The notes under the pieces are model-generated. The model saw only the letters and a program-made list of their open reading frames with translations. It was not told where the DNA came from and did not search any database. DNA of 64,000 nt, from the NCBI RefSeq assembly GCF_044704955.1, contig NC_091985.1:216628001-216692000 (forward strand), in the 5' to 3' direction. This DNA comes from Pristiophorus japonicus. Taxonomy: Eukaryota. A program made the position numbers and the translations under genes. Shown piece by piece: positions 23,428-37,380 of this stretch (position 1 is the first letter of the stretch; each line of letters begins with the position of its first letter).

Positions 23428-26400
23428 ACCAGCCTTTTCTTCTCAGAAGATCAAGATGTAGAACCAGTTTGTGTCAAGATAAGAAATAATAAGGGAAAGA
23501 AATCACTGGTAGGAGTAGTCTATAGGCCCCCTAACAGTAGCTACACTGCAGGACAGCATATAAATCAACAACACATGAAGGCTTGTAAGAAATACTGCAA
23601 TAATCATGGGCGATTTTAATCTTTTTGATTGGACAAATCAAATTGGCAAAGGTAGCCTTAAGGAAGAGTTCATAGAGTGTATTTGGGATGTTCTTAGAAC
23701 AATACGATGTGGAGCCAACCAGGGAGCAGACTATTTTAGATCTGGTAATGTGTAATTAATGATCTCATAGTAAAGGATCCTCTTGGGAAGAGTGATCATA
23801 ACATGGTATAATTTCAAATTCAGTTTGAGGCTGAGAAACTTGGGTCTCGTACTCGTGCCCTGAACTTAAATAAAGACAATTACAAAGAAAGGGTAAGATG
23901 GTAGATAAGCAGTGATAGACATTTAAGGAGATATTTTATAACTCTCAGCAAAGATATATTCCAGTGAGAAAGAAAGATTCTTAAGAAGAACCAGCCATGG
24001 CTAACTAAGAATTTTTTGAGGATGTAACTGGTAGAGTGGACAAGGGAGAACCAGTGGATGTGGTGTATTTGGACTTTCAAAAGGCTTTTGACAAGATCCC
24101 ACACAAGAGATTGGTGTGCAAAATTAAAGCACATGGTATTGGGGGTAATATACTGACGTGGATAGAGAACGTTGGCAGATAGGAAGCACAGAGTCGGGAT
24201 AAACGGGTCCTTTGCCGAATGGCAGTGACTAGTGGGGTGCCGCAGGGCTCAGTACTGGGACTCCAGCTATTTACAGTATAAATTAATGATTTGGATGAGG
24301 GAATTAAGTGTAATATCTCCAAGTTTGCAGATGACACTAAGCTGGGTGGCAGTGTGAGCTGTGAGGAGGACGCTAAAAGGCTGCAGGGTGACTTGGACAG
24401 GTTAGGTGAGTGGGCAAACGCGTGGCAGATGCAGTATAATGTGGATAAATGTGAGGTTATCCACTTTGGTGGCAAAAACACGAAGGCAGAATATTATCTG
24501 AATGGTGGCAGATTAAGAAATGGGGAGGTGCAACGAGACCTGGATGTCATGGTACATCAGTCATTGAAAGTTGGCATGCAGGTACAGCAGGTGCTGAAGA
24601 AGGCAAATGGTATGTTGGCCTTCATAGCTAGGGGATTTGAGTATAGGAGCAGGGAGATCTTACTACAGTTGTACAGGGCCTTAGTGAGGCCTCACCTGGA
24701 ATATTGTGTTCAGTTTTGGTCTCCGATTCTGAGGAAGTACGTTCTTGCTATTGAGAGAGTGCAGCGAAAATTAACCAGACTGATTCCCGGGATAACTGGA
24801 CTGACATATGAGGAGAGACTGGATTGACTGGGCCTGTATTCACTGGAGTTTAGAAGGATGAGAGGGGATCTCATAGAAACATATAAAAATCTGATGGGAC
24901 TGGACAGGTTAGATGAAGGAAGAATGTTCCCGATGTTGGGGAAGTCCAGGACCAGGGGACATAGTCTACGGATAAGGGGTAAGCCATTTAGGACTGAGAT
25001 AAGGAGAAACTTCTTCACTCAGAGAGTTGTTAACCTGTGGAATTCCCTACCGCAGAGAGTTGTTGATGCCAGTTCATTGGATATATTCAGGAGGGTGTTA
25101 GATATGGCCCTTACGGCTAAAGGGATCAAGGGGTATGGAGAGAAAGCAGGACAAGGGTACTGAGGTGAATGATCAGCCATGATCTTATCGAATGGTGGTG
25201 CAGGCTCGAAGGGCCGAATGGCCTACTCCTGCACCTATTTTCTATGTTTCTAAGAAGTAATGGATGGCATCAAATTGAAAACAAAAGCATACAATGTTGC
25301 GAAGATTAGTGGAAGGCCAGAAGATTGGGAACTTTTTAGAAAAGAGCAAAAGACGACTAAAAAAGAAAAAAGGGAAAGGAGATAGATTGAGAGTAAACTA
25401 GCAAGAAATATAAAAAGAGACAGTAAGAGATTCTATAGGTATATAAAAAGGAAGAGAGTAGCTAAGTTAGTCCCTTAGAGGATGAGACTAGGGAATTAAT
25501 AATGGAAAACAGAAGTGGCAGAGAATTTGAACAAATATTTTGTATCGGTCTTCACTGTAGAAGACATTAAGAGCATCGCAGTAATGGATAATCAAGGGGC
25601 TATGGGGAGGGGACAAGATGGACAAGTCCCCTGGACCTAATGGCCTGCATCCTATGGTATTAAAAGAAGTGGCTACAGAGATGGTGGCTACATTGGTTGT
25701 AATCTGCCAAAAATCCCTGGATCCTGGATTTTTGATTGGAAAACAGCAAATGTAATTCCCTTATTTAAGAAAGGAGGGAGACAGAAAGCAGGAAACTGTT
25801 AGCCTAACATCAGTCATTGGGAAAATGCTGGAGTCCATTATTGATGAAGTAGCAGCAGGACATTTAGAAGATCATGGTACAGTCAAGCAGAGTCAGCATG
25901 GTTTTATGAAAGGGAAATCATGCTTGACAAATTTATTGGTGTTCTTTGAGGATGTAATGAGCAGGGTGGATAAAGGGGAACCAGTAGGTGTCATGTATTT
26001 GGATTTCTAGAAGGCATTCGATAAGGTGCCACATAAAAGGTTACTGCACAAGATAAGAGCTCACGAAATTGGGAGTAATATATTGACATGGATAGAGGTT
26101 TGGCTAACTAACAGAAAACAGAATTGGGATAAATAGGTCATTTTCAGGTTGGCAAACTAACTAGTGGGGTGCCACAAGGATCAGTGCTGGGAACTCAACT
26201 ATTTACAATCTATATTAATGACTTGGATGAAGGGACCAAGAGTAATGTAGTTTAATTTGCTGATGATACAAAGATAGGTGGAAAAGCAATTTGTGAGGAA
26301 GACGCAAAGAATCTACAAAGGGATATGGATAAGCTAAGTGAGTGAGCAAAAATTTGGGAGATGGAGTATAATGTGGGAAAATGTGAGGTTATCCACTTTG

Positions 26401-27555
26401 GTATGAAAAATATAAAAGCAAATTATTTAAATGGGGAAAGATTAGAAAATGCTGCAGTACAGAGGGATCTCCGGGTCCTTGTACATGAAACACAAAAAGT
26501 TAGCATGCAGGTACAGCAAGTAATTAAGAAGGCAAATGGAATGTTGGCCCCTTTTGCAAGGGGGGATGGAGTATAAAAGTAGGGAAGACCTGCTACAACT
26601 GTACAGGGTGTTGGTGACACCACACCTGGAGTACTTTATACAGTTTTGGTCTCTTTGCATTGGAGGCAGTTCAGAGAAGGTTCACGAGGTTGATTCGTGA
26701 GATGAGGGGGTTATAAAGAAAGGTTGAGCAGTTTAGGCCTATATTCATTGGAGTTTAGAAGAATGTGAGGTGATCTTATTGAGCACAGATGAGCACAACA
26801 GTGGCAAATGGAATTCCATCCAGAGAAGTGTGAGGTAATACATTTGGGGAGGGCTAACAAGGAAAGGGAATACACATTAAATGGTAGGTCACTGAAAAGT
26901 GTAGAAGAACAAAGCAAGTGCATGTCCACAAATCCCTGAAGCTGGCAGGCCAGGTAGATAAGGTGGATAAGAAGGCATATGGAATGCTTGTTTTTATTAG
27001 CTGAGGCATAGAATACAAGAGCAGGGGTGATTATGCTTGAACTGTATAAAATACTAGTTAGGCCACAGTTCTGGTCACCGCATTACAGGAAGGATGTGAT
27101 TGCACTTGAGAGGGTACAGAGGAGATTTACGAGGATGTTGTCAGGAGTGGAGAATCTTAGCTATGAGGACAGATTGGATAGGCTGGGTTTGTTTTCCTTG
27201 AAACAGAGGAGACTGAGGTGTATAAAATTATGAGGGGCCTAGATATAGTGAATAGAAAGGGCCTATTTCTGAGCAGAGGGGTCAACAACTAGGTGCATAA
27301 ATTTAAAGTAATTGGTAGAAGGTTTAGAGGTGATTTGAGGGGAGATTTCTCCACCCAGACTGTGTTGGGGGTCTGGAGCTCACTGCCTGAAAGGGTGGCT
27401 GAGGCAGAAACCCTCACCACGTTTTTAAAAAGCACTTGAGGCGCTGTAATCTGCGGACCTAGAGCTGGGAAGTGGGATTAGGTCGGATAGCCTCCTGTTG
27501 GCTGGCATGGACATGGCCTCCTTCCGTGCTGTAAATTTCCATGATTCTATGATTG
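23428..27555 (+). mobile_element. Stack of nested CR1 LINE fragments (host 23428-26780, nested 24009-25251, further 3' fragment 26781-27555)
   Basis: EN (GVVYRPPNS), RT and C-terminal motifs; several CR1 tails. Confidence 0.88.
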
Positions 27556-27612
27556 TCAATCTGGTGAGAAAATGATCAGAAAAATAATCAAACTGCCCCA
27601 GGGTCACGTTGT

Positions 27613-27924
27613 TCAGCCGCCGAATCCACAGAGAGTGCGGCCCTGCCGCTTCAGAGCGTACACCACATCCATGGCTGTGACCGTCTTGCGTTTGGTGTGC
27701 TCAGTGTAGGTGACCACATCCCTGATCACATTCTCCAGGAAAACCTTCAGCACCCCGCGGGTCTCCTCGTAGATCAGGCCCGAGATCCACTTGACAACGC
27801 CACAGCGATCCAGTTGGCAGATGGCAGGTTTGGTGATATCCTGGATGTTATCACTGAGCACTTTACGGCGGCGTTTGGCTCCGCCTTTACCCAGTCCTTT
27901 GCCTCCTTTACCTCGGCCAGACAT
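27613..27924 (-). pseudogene. H4: Histone H4 pseudogene (open frame, 12 substitutions, no stem-loop)
   Basis: H18R, R23S, G28D, R35C, R36Q, A38D, R40C, G42V, R45W, A69V, A76T, Y98C versus canonical H4. The 3' flank is lost ~12 nt after the TGA. Confidence 0.85.
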
Positions 27925-29022
27925 CATAATTCTTCACAGGGACATAAATTGAATGATAAACACTCGCCATCCAGATGTGTTTTTGAAGCCAGCCCGGACC
28001 TGGTTGAGGAAGGCGAGTGTGAGAGAGGCAAGAAGGAACCAGAATCAGGGTGACAGGTTGAGCAGAGACGGCGGCCTCTGAACTTCCAGATCTGCCTCCA
28101 GACTTAACGCTCCAGCATTGAAATACTTGCCTGCTCCTTCCCGGCACCCTCTCCCCGCCCAGTGTTTAACCCGACGGGAAGGGCCCTTGCGACCTCCCCT
28201 CCCCCAGCTCTGCCAGCGGCTGCCGTTTCCTCTGTGCTTAGCTGATGATCGTTGAACACATCAGGGAGCGGAGATATCCCGGGCCCGAGTAAGGGAGCAA
28301 ACAGCAGCCTCCTTCCAGCATTGAGACTGTGTCCGTAAATGGGCTTTGTGTCGGGGTATCGGGGGCTGTTTGTAAGAGGCAGAGTGGAGCAGGAAGTAGT
28401 TTGGGAACATGGAGTGAGTGGGGGAAGGGAGCGGAGATATCCCAGGTTGTGTGTGTACAGTGTAAGGCGACAGAGAAAGTTAATCACCGCACTCTTTCAA
28501 GTCATTGCTGCATTCTTTCAGCAAATCAGTAATAAATGTTCCTGATTCCCAATCTCACCGTGTCTGCTCTTGGACATTGAACAGTGGAAACACAGCTTGA
28601 CAGTGAGGATGTGAGGAGTGTCACAAAGTGCAGGCCACCAGGACAGAAGTGTGAAAGTGGACATTCCGTTTTGTTTCGGTGCGTTGAGTTCTCCAGAACC
28701 ATGTTGAAGGTGATCGAGAGATGCATTGTCGCTCCCTGAGATACATTCTGTTGACTGCACAGGCCCTTAACTTGGTTCTAATAGACTGAGAACAATTGTG
28801 GTACAACCCAGATACCTGTAGTTATAATCCAGAAAGTGATTCAGAATTTTACAGGTAGTCCTGTGGGAGTGGAAGTTATAAATCTCGACTGTATCAATCG
28901 GGTGATCCCATTCATGAACCAGTGCCGGATTTGTATTGTGCCTGGATGCTGATAACTTTCTATAAAACCATCCTACACACCTGGTGTGGAAAATCTGAGT
29001 GCCGCTGTACTGCAGTGAGGTC

Positions 29023-32000
29023 AGAAACATAGAAACATAGACAATAGGTGCAGGAGTAGGCCATACGGTCCTTCGAGCCTGCACCGCCATTCAATATGAT
29101 CAAGTCTGATCATGCAACTTCAGTACCCCATTCCTACTTTCTCTCCATACCCTTTGATCCCTTTAGCCGTAAGGGCCACATCTAACTCCCTTTTGAATAT
29201 ATCTAACGAACTGGCCTCAACAACTTTCTGTGGGAGAGAATTCCACAGATTCACAATTCTGAGTGAAGAAGTTCTCTTCTCGGTCCTAATTGCCTTACCC
29301 CTTATCCTGAGACTGTGACCCCTGGTTCTGCACTTCCCCAACATCAGAAACATTCTTTCTGCATCTAACCTGTCCAATCCTGTCAGAATTTGATATGTTT
29401 CTAGGAGATCCCCTCTCATTCTTCTAAATTCCAGTGAATACCTAGTCGGTCCAGTCTTTCTTCATATGTCAGTCCTGCCATCCCGGGAATCAGTTTGGTG
29501 AACCTTCGCTGCACTCCCTCAATAGCAAGAATGTCCTTCCTCAAGTTAGGAGACTAAAACTGTACACAATACTCCAGGTGTGGCCTCACCAAGGCCCTGT
29601 ACAACTGTAGCAACACCTCCCTGCCCCTGTACTCAAATCCCCTCGCTATGAAGGCCAACATGCCATTTGCTTTCTTAACCGCCTGCTGTACCTGCATGCC
29701 AACCTTCAATGACTGATGTACCATGACACCCAGGTCTCGTTGCACCTCCCCTTTTCCTAATCTGTCACCATTCAGATAATAGTCTGTCTCTCTGTTTTTA
29801 CCACCAAAGTGGATAATCTAACATTTATCCACATTATACTTCATCTGCCATGCATTTGCCCACTCACCTAACCTATCCAAGTCACTCTGCAGCCTCATAG
29901 CATCTTCCTCGCAGCTCACACTGCCACCCAACTTAGTGTCATCCGCAAATTTGGAGATACTACATTCAATCCCCTCGTCTAAATCATTAATGTACAATGT
30001 AAACAGCTGGGGCTCCAGCACAGAATCTTGCGGTACCCCACTAGTCACTGCCTGCCATTCTGAAAAGTACCCATTTACTCCTACTCTTTGCTTCCTGTCT
30101 GCCAATCAGTTCTCATTCCACGTCAGCATACTACCCCCAATCCCATGTGCTTTAACTTTGCACATTATTCTCTTGTGTGGGACCTTGTCGAAAGCCTTCT
30201 GAAAGTCCAAACACACCACATCAACTGGTTCTCCCTTGTCCACTCTACTGGAAACATCCTCAAAAAATTCCAGAAGATTTGTCAAGCATGATTTCCCTTT
30301 CACAAATCCATGTTGACTTGGGCCTATCATGTCACCTCTTTCCAAATGCGCTGCTATGACATCCTTAATAATTGATTCCATCATTTTACCCATTACCGAT
30401 GTCAGGCTGACCGGTCCATAAATCTCTGTTTTCTCTCCCTCCTTTTTTTAAAAAGTGGGGTTACATTGGCTACCCTCCACTCCATCGGAACTGATCCAGA
30501 CTCTATGGAATGCTGGAAAATGACTGTCAATGCATCCGCTATTTCCAAGGCCACCTCCTTAAGTACTCTGGGATGCAGACCATCAGGCTCTGGGGATTTA
30601 TCAACCTTCAATCCCATCAATTTCCCCAACCAAATTTCCCGACTAATAAGGATTTCCCTCAGTTCCTCCTTCTTACTCGACCCTCTGACTCCTTTTATAT
30701 CCAGAAGGTTGTTTGTGTCCTCCTTAGTGAATACAGAACCAAAGTACTTGTTCAATTGGTCTGCCATTTCTTTGTTCCCTGTTATGACTTCCCCTGATTC
30801 TGACTGCAGGGGACCTACGTTTGTCTTTACTAACCTTTTTCTCTTTACATATCTATAGAAGCTTTTGCAGTGCGTTTTAATGTTCCCTGCAAGCTTCTTC
30901 TCGTACTCCATTTTCCCTGCCCTAATCAAACCCTTTGTCCTCCTCTGCTGAATTCTAAATTTCTCCCAGTCCCCGGATTCGTTGCTATTTCTGGCCAATT
31001 TGTATGCCACTTCCTTGGCTTTAATACTATCCCTGATTTCCCTTGATAGCCACGGTTGAGCCACCTTCCCTTTTTTATTTTTACGCCAGACAGGGATGTA
31101 CAATTGTTGTAGTTAATCCATGCGGTCTCTAAATGTCTGCCATTGCCGATCCACTGTCAACCCCTTAAGTATCATTTGCCAATCTATCCTACACAATTCA
31201 CGCCTCATACCTTCAAAGTTACCTTCCTTTAAGTTCTGGACCATGGTCTCTGAATTAACTGTTTCATTCTCCATCCTAATGTAGAATTCTACCATATTAT
31301 GGTCACTCTTCCCCCAAGGGGCCTCGCACAACGAGATTGCTAATTAATCTTCTCTCATTGCATAACACCCAGTCTAAGATGACCTCCCCCCGAGTTGGTT
31401 CCTCGACATATTGGTCTAGAAAACCAACCCTTATGCACTCCAGGAAATCTTCCTCCATCGTATTGCTTCCAGTTTGGTTAGCCCAATCTATATGCATATT
31501 AAAGTCACCCATAATAACTGCTGCACCTTTATTGCATGCACCCCTAATTTCCTGTTTGATGCCCTCCCCAAGGTGTGGCCTCACCAAGGCCCTGTACAAC
31601 TGCAGTAAGACCTCCCTGCTCCTATACTCAAATCTTCTCGCTATGAAAGCTAACATGCCATTTGCCGCCTTCACCGCCTGCTGTACCTGCATGCCAACTT
31701 TCAATGACTGATGCACCATGACACTCTGGTCTCGTTGCACCTCCCCTTTTCCTAATCTGTCACCATTCAAATAATATTCTGCCTTCCTGTTTTTGCCACC
31801 AAAGTGAATAACTTCACATTTTTCTACATTATACTGCATTTGCCATGCATTTGCCCACTCACCTACCTGTCCAAGTCACACTACAGCCTCTTAGCTTCCT
31901 CCTCACAGCTCACACTGCCACCCAGCTTAGTGTCATCTGGAAACTTGGAGATATTACATTCAATTCCTTCGTCCAAATCATTAATGTACATTGTAAATAG

Positions 32001-33210
32001 CTGGGGTCCCAGCACTGTCACTGCCTGCCATTCTGAAAAGGACCCGTTCATTCTTACTCTTTGCTTCCTGTCTGCAAACCAGTTCTCTATCATGTCAATA
32101 TATTAGCCCCAATACGATGTGCTTTAATTTTGCACACTAATCTCTTGTATGGGACCTTGTCAAAAGCCTTTTGAAAGTCCAAATATACCATATCCACTGG
32201 TTCTCCCTCGTCCACTCTACTAGTTACATCCTCAAAAAATTCTAGAAGATTTGTTGAGCATGATTTCCCTTTCATAAATCCATGCTGTCTTGGACCGATC
32301 CTGTCACTGCTTTCCAAATGCGTTGCTATTATGTCTTTAATAATTGATTCCAACATTTTCCCCACTACCGATGTCAGGCTAACCGGTCTATAATTCCGTG
32401 TTTTCTCTCCCTCCTTTTTTAAAAATTGGGGTTACATTACTACCCTCCAATCCATAGGAACTGATTGAGAGTCTATAGAATGTTGGAAAATGACCACCAA
32501 TGTATCTACTATTTCTCGGGCCACATCCTTCAGTACTCTGGGATTTATTGGCCTTCAGTCCCATCAATTTCCCTAACACAATTTCCTGACTAATAAGGAT
32601 TTACTTCAGTTCCTCTTTCTTGCTAGACCCTCAGTCCCCTAGTATTTCCGAAAGGTTATTTGTGTCTTCCTTAGTGAAGACAGAACCAAAGTATTTGTTC
32701 AATTGTTCTGCCATTTCTTTGTTCCCCATTATAAATTCACCTGATTCTGACTGCAAGGGACTTACATTTGTCTTCATTAATCTTTTTCTCTTCACATATC
32801 TATAGAAGCTTTTTCAGTCACTTTTTATGTTCCCAGCAAGCTTACTCTCATACTCTATTTTACCCCTCCTAATTAAACCCTTTGTCCTCCTCTGCTGAAT
32901 TCTAAATTTTTCCCAGTCCTCAGGTTTGCTGCTTTTTCTGGCCAATTTATATGCCTCTTCCTTGGTTTTAAAACTATCCCTAATTTCCCTTGTTAGCCAC
33001 GGTTGAGCCACCTTCCCCATTTTATCTTTACGCTAGACAGGGATGTACAATTGTTGAAGGTCATCCATGCGATCTTTAAGTGTCTGCCATTGCCTATCCA
33101 CCGTCAACCCTTTAAGTATCATTAGCCAGTCTATCCTAGCCAATTCACGTCTCATACCATCGACTTACCTTTCTTTAAGTTCAGGACCCGAGTCTCTGAG
33201 TTAACTGTGA
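29023..33210 (-). mobile_element. Two nested/tandem CR1 LINEs (29023-~31568 and ~31569-33210)
   Basis: Multiple minus-strand ORFs with EN (GDFN, SDH) and RT motifs; TTTCTATG tail at ~29023. Confidence 0.9.
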
Positions 33211-34397
33211 CAAGGACACTGTTTGTATCATGGTTTTTTCTCTCCAGATACTTTACTTTATTCTAAACATTTCCATTCATTACAACTTTATTTTATATTC
33301 TCTGCCTCAGTTGTCCATATCATAACTAATATTTTTCTGGTATTATTCTCAAAGCAAAATAGTTCATTGAGCCAGTATAAATCTGATATTTCCTTCACCT
33401 GGAATACAAGGAAAAGTGCAAGCAGCTCCTTCTCACAGTGAGTGCATTATCACTTACAGAGCGCAGAGACACAGAACTGACCTCAATCCTATTATCACAG
33501 GCAGCAGAAGCTGTCACTCCAACAGTGATCCGAAGTGGCTGAGTTACATTGTGAATCTTACGGCCACTGGAGCGGTAGGATCCAATGCTGTTTCACCATT
33601 GAAACGGATCACATTCATATACGAGATACTGAAATATACAGAATAAAACCCACATTTGCACACCAGAAGCTGATAGGTATAGATTAAAACCCACACTCAT
33701 AGACCAGAAACTGTCAGGTTCAGATTAAACCACACACTTTTTAGCAGAAACTGATGGTTACATATTAAACCCACACTCATATACCAGAAACTGACAGCTA
33801 TGGGATAAAACCAACACTCCAATATCAGAAACTGACAGGTACAGATTAATCCCACATTTTTTTTACCAGAAACTGACAGATACAGAATAAAACCCACACT
33901 CATGCAGAAATGACAGGTACAGATTAAACCCACACTCATATACCAGAAACTGACAGGTACAGATTAAACACACACTCATTTACCAAAAACTGACAGGTAC
34001 AATTTAAACACACACTCATATACCAGAAACTGACAGGTACAGGTTAAACCCACATTCATATATCAGAAACTGACAGGTACAGAATATCATGCACACTCAC
34101 ATACCAGAAACTGCCAGGTACAGATTAAACCTCACGCTCATATCAGAAACTGACAGGTACAGATTAATCAGCACACTCATATATCAGAAACTGACAGGTA
34201 TCGAATAAAATACACATACATATTCTAGAAACTGACAGGTCCAAATTAAAACACACACTCACATACCAGAAACTGACAGGTATAGGTTAAACACACACTC
34301 ACATCCCAGAGATGGGCAGGTAATAAAATACACACTCATGTACCAGAAACTGACAGGTACAGAATAAAATACACACTCGCATACCAGAAACTGGTAG

Positions 34398-34954
34398 TGT
34401 TGATTCTTGGATTCTTTTACCTCAATCTGGTTCAGCAAAATTACTGAAACGAATACCGTTTGTGCTTTAAACAAAGCAAGCTTTTATTTAAAAAGCAAAT
34501 CCCGATCGGGGACCTTATCAGACAGAAGGAATGCAAGTCTGTTCGAACGCACCCACTTCCTACGGACAAAGTGACGTTACATTGTAAAGGCACGACGGTT
34601 ATACATTTTTGACAAAAGATAACAAGATAGGGCTAGAGTGACATCCTAGTCCAGCCTATCCCTTTTGATCCCTCTTTCCCTTTGTCCACTCATAAGCTGA
34701 CCTAAGTATGGTCTGATTTTAAACAAAGACCTTCTGTTAATGTTTCAGGTTAATAACATGATTTAATAAGACCTTGAGGTTTTTCTGCAAGCTGTGGGTT
34801 TTGTTTCAATATGTGTTAGTGTTGTAACATTTCGCAGTCTCGAGTCTGAGATGTCATGGTTATTCCTCCATGAATTCTTTGTTAGCTTATACTGTTCCTA
34901 TACAATTCCCACATTCTCAACTTCAATGTCTCTATACATTTTTAAACATTCACA
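34398..34954 (-). repeat. ERV 3' LTR (557 bp)
   Basis: On the minus strand it starts TGTGAATG right after the PPT AAAAGGGGGGAT (34955-34966), has AATAAA at ~34483-34488 and ends ...AACA. Confidence 0.88.
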
Positions 34955-34974
34955 ATCCCCCCTTTTATCATTCC

Positions 34975-35563
34975 ATGATAACACTTAGGATCATTCTAGG
35001 AGTATCGCATTCATCCGGTCACACTCTATTTCTTGAATCATATTGTTGTTGTGTCGAGTAGTTCTTTAGTTCGTTGGATCATAACTCGGGAGCCCTTGAC
35101 CACAAGAGGGTTTGCTAACCTTGCCATCATTACTTTACAACAAAGGTTAAGGCAACCAACAATTAGATAGGATCTCCAAGATCCATCTGATAGCCAATCA
35201 AATCAGCTAGATCCTTCTGCTGGTGTGGATAACTTCTTCACCTCCCTTCTTATGTGATCAGCGAGATTGGTTATGTTTTCTGAACTATCAGGAATGTAAG
35301 GATCTGAATGTTGCACTATCGGCACACGTTCCCTCTTTCTCAGCTAACAGGTAATTGAGGGCCATTCGGTTTTGTAATGCTACGATCCTTATTGCTACCA
35401 TTTCAGCTGTGATGCCCTCCAGAGCTTCAGCAGTATTGTATTGGCCCCCTCCTCTCGTGATAGTTTGGCTCTGAATCCATCTGACAGTCTCAGTTAGGGT
35501 TAGTGGAACGGGGCGCAAAGGAATTCTCCCTTTGGAATGTATAGGGAATGTGAACACACCCAA
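34975..35563 (-). pseudogene. env: ERV env remnant (TM subunit)
   Basis: Immunosuppressive domain LQNRMALNYLLAEKEGTCA; most of SU is missing. Confidence 0.82.
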
Positions 35564-35944
35564 CGTCTAGAAAAGTTCCCATTTTGCGCATAAACATAAG
35601 ACATGTACAAAAAGGTGTTTACATGGAGCTCTCATCTTTGTCTCCCCTCCCATGCGCCGAAACTGTCATATATCAACACTATTATACAGAATGTGGCATA
35701 CAGACAGTTTCATCTTATGGCTCAGGATTCAGATAAATAGTCCAATTATTTTGCTGATTAAAAGAGTTCAGTTTTCCCGTCTCTCTTCTTAGGTCACCGT
35801 CGGTGTAGCTGGCTGTCTATCACTACGGGTAAAAGTTCAAACTGGTCCACGTTCCAATTAGGATGCCAACAGCCTTGTTCAGCTATGGAGAAGAGGAAGT
35901 CTGGAACAGAAACAGGAATTAGAATAACCAGTAAAATAGGTCCG

Positions 35945-37380
35945 TTAGAGGGTGGTGAGCTTGCAGTGGTGCAGGTGAACCCAGGCACCCCTCCCCTCAA
36001 CCTTGGCTGCAGTGGGGGTAGTGAGTAACACCTGAAAAGGCCCCTCCCATTGTGGCTTTAATCCCTTCCGAATCCATACTTCCCTGGTGCCACGAGGGAC
36101 AATTCGGGTAAAACTGGGAGGTCGAGGTGAGCATCTTGAACCTGGTTGTGAGCTAGTCGCAGAGCCTGAGTCAGAGAAAGAACATAGGTGGTCATCAGTC
36201 GAGCTGAGATCTAGGAACAATTTCCCTCATTAACACCTTAACAACAGTTTGAGCCTTATTGTCCAGGTTAGGGTAGGCTTCAATTCATCTGCTAAACACA
36301 TCTACTATTACTAACACATATTTGTAACACTGAACTTTTTGCAATTCAATGTAGTCCAACTGAAATGTCTCAAAGGGACCTTCAGGTAGGAGCGTTTTAC
36401 CCCAATCACAGGGGACTCCCTTCCCTGGATTATGTTGCTGGCAAACCAGGCAACGACTACTGATGTTCTGGGTGAGTGCCTGGAGTCTAGGGTGCCACCA
36501 AGTAGCCAAAAGTGTATCACTCGTGGTTCTTGCTCCACAATGAGTAGCAAAATGCATACAATCAATAACCCATAGAGCCAACTCGTCAGTCATGCAAGTC
36601 TGTTCCGCGGGAGTGGTCCAGAGTTTAGAAACATTGTCATAAGTACATCCATAATATTTCCACAACAGTTTATCTTTTTCAGGAGCGTCCTCCTGTGCTT
36701 TTATAACATCTTGGATGGTTGGCATTGGTTTTTCCGAGGCTAACTTATCCTTCGCAGGATTTTTAGTCTGACTCATCATTTTGGGCACTACCATCTGTTG
36801 GTCACGAGAGGCCTGTTTAGCCTCTTTGTCAGCACAGTGGTTCCCTATATCAACCGGGGATTTTCCGGTGGTGTGGGCGGTAATTTAACAACGGCAATGT
36901 GCTTGGGGAGCATGAGGGCTTGCAACAAATCAGATACTAGTTGCTTATGGGATATCTCATTCCCCTGTGAGGTTAGGAATCCCCTATTTTTCCATAATTG
37001 TCCGAAATCATGGGCCACCCCAAAGGCATACCTAGAGTCGGTATAGATATTGACTTTGAGATCTTTGGCCAAGATACAGGCTCGGGTGAGGGCGAATAGT
37101 TCAGCTTGTTGGGCAGAATAGGCAGTTTCAAAAGCGGCAGATTCCAAGACTTGATTCTCCTGGTTTACTATGGCGTATCCTGAGATTCGTGTACCTTCTG
37201 GATTAATTCCGTCAACATACATAATACAGTCTGGATCTTCAATTGGTACATCAACAAAATCTTCCCTGACTGATGTGGCCTCTTAAATTAAAGATAAACA
37301 ATCATGACTGGGTTGTTCCTCATCTTGGGGTGGCTCAGTAAGAAAACAGGCCGGATTAATTGCAGTACAGTGCCGAAAGG
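35945..37380 (-). pseudogene. pol: ERV pol remnant: RNase H and internally deleted integrase
   Basis: RNase H (YVDG, SAQQAELFALTRA, YTDSRYAFG); IN zinc finger (HFATH..CLVC), core start (QLDY..VIVDVFSR) and C-terminus ([16 protein letters not shown]). Confidence 0.88.

Noticed and set aside
31303-31839. Novel RT-endonuclease fusion ORF
   Set aside because: Chance in-frame junction of two nested CR1 fragments at ~31568.
33630-34397. ~41-bp periodic array resembling CRISPR
   Set aside because: Tandem degenerate minisatellite with no spacers.
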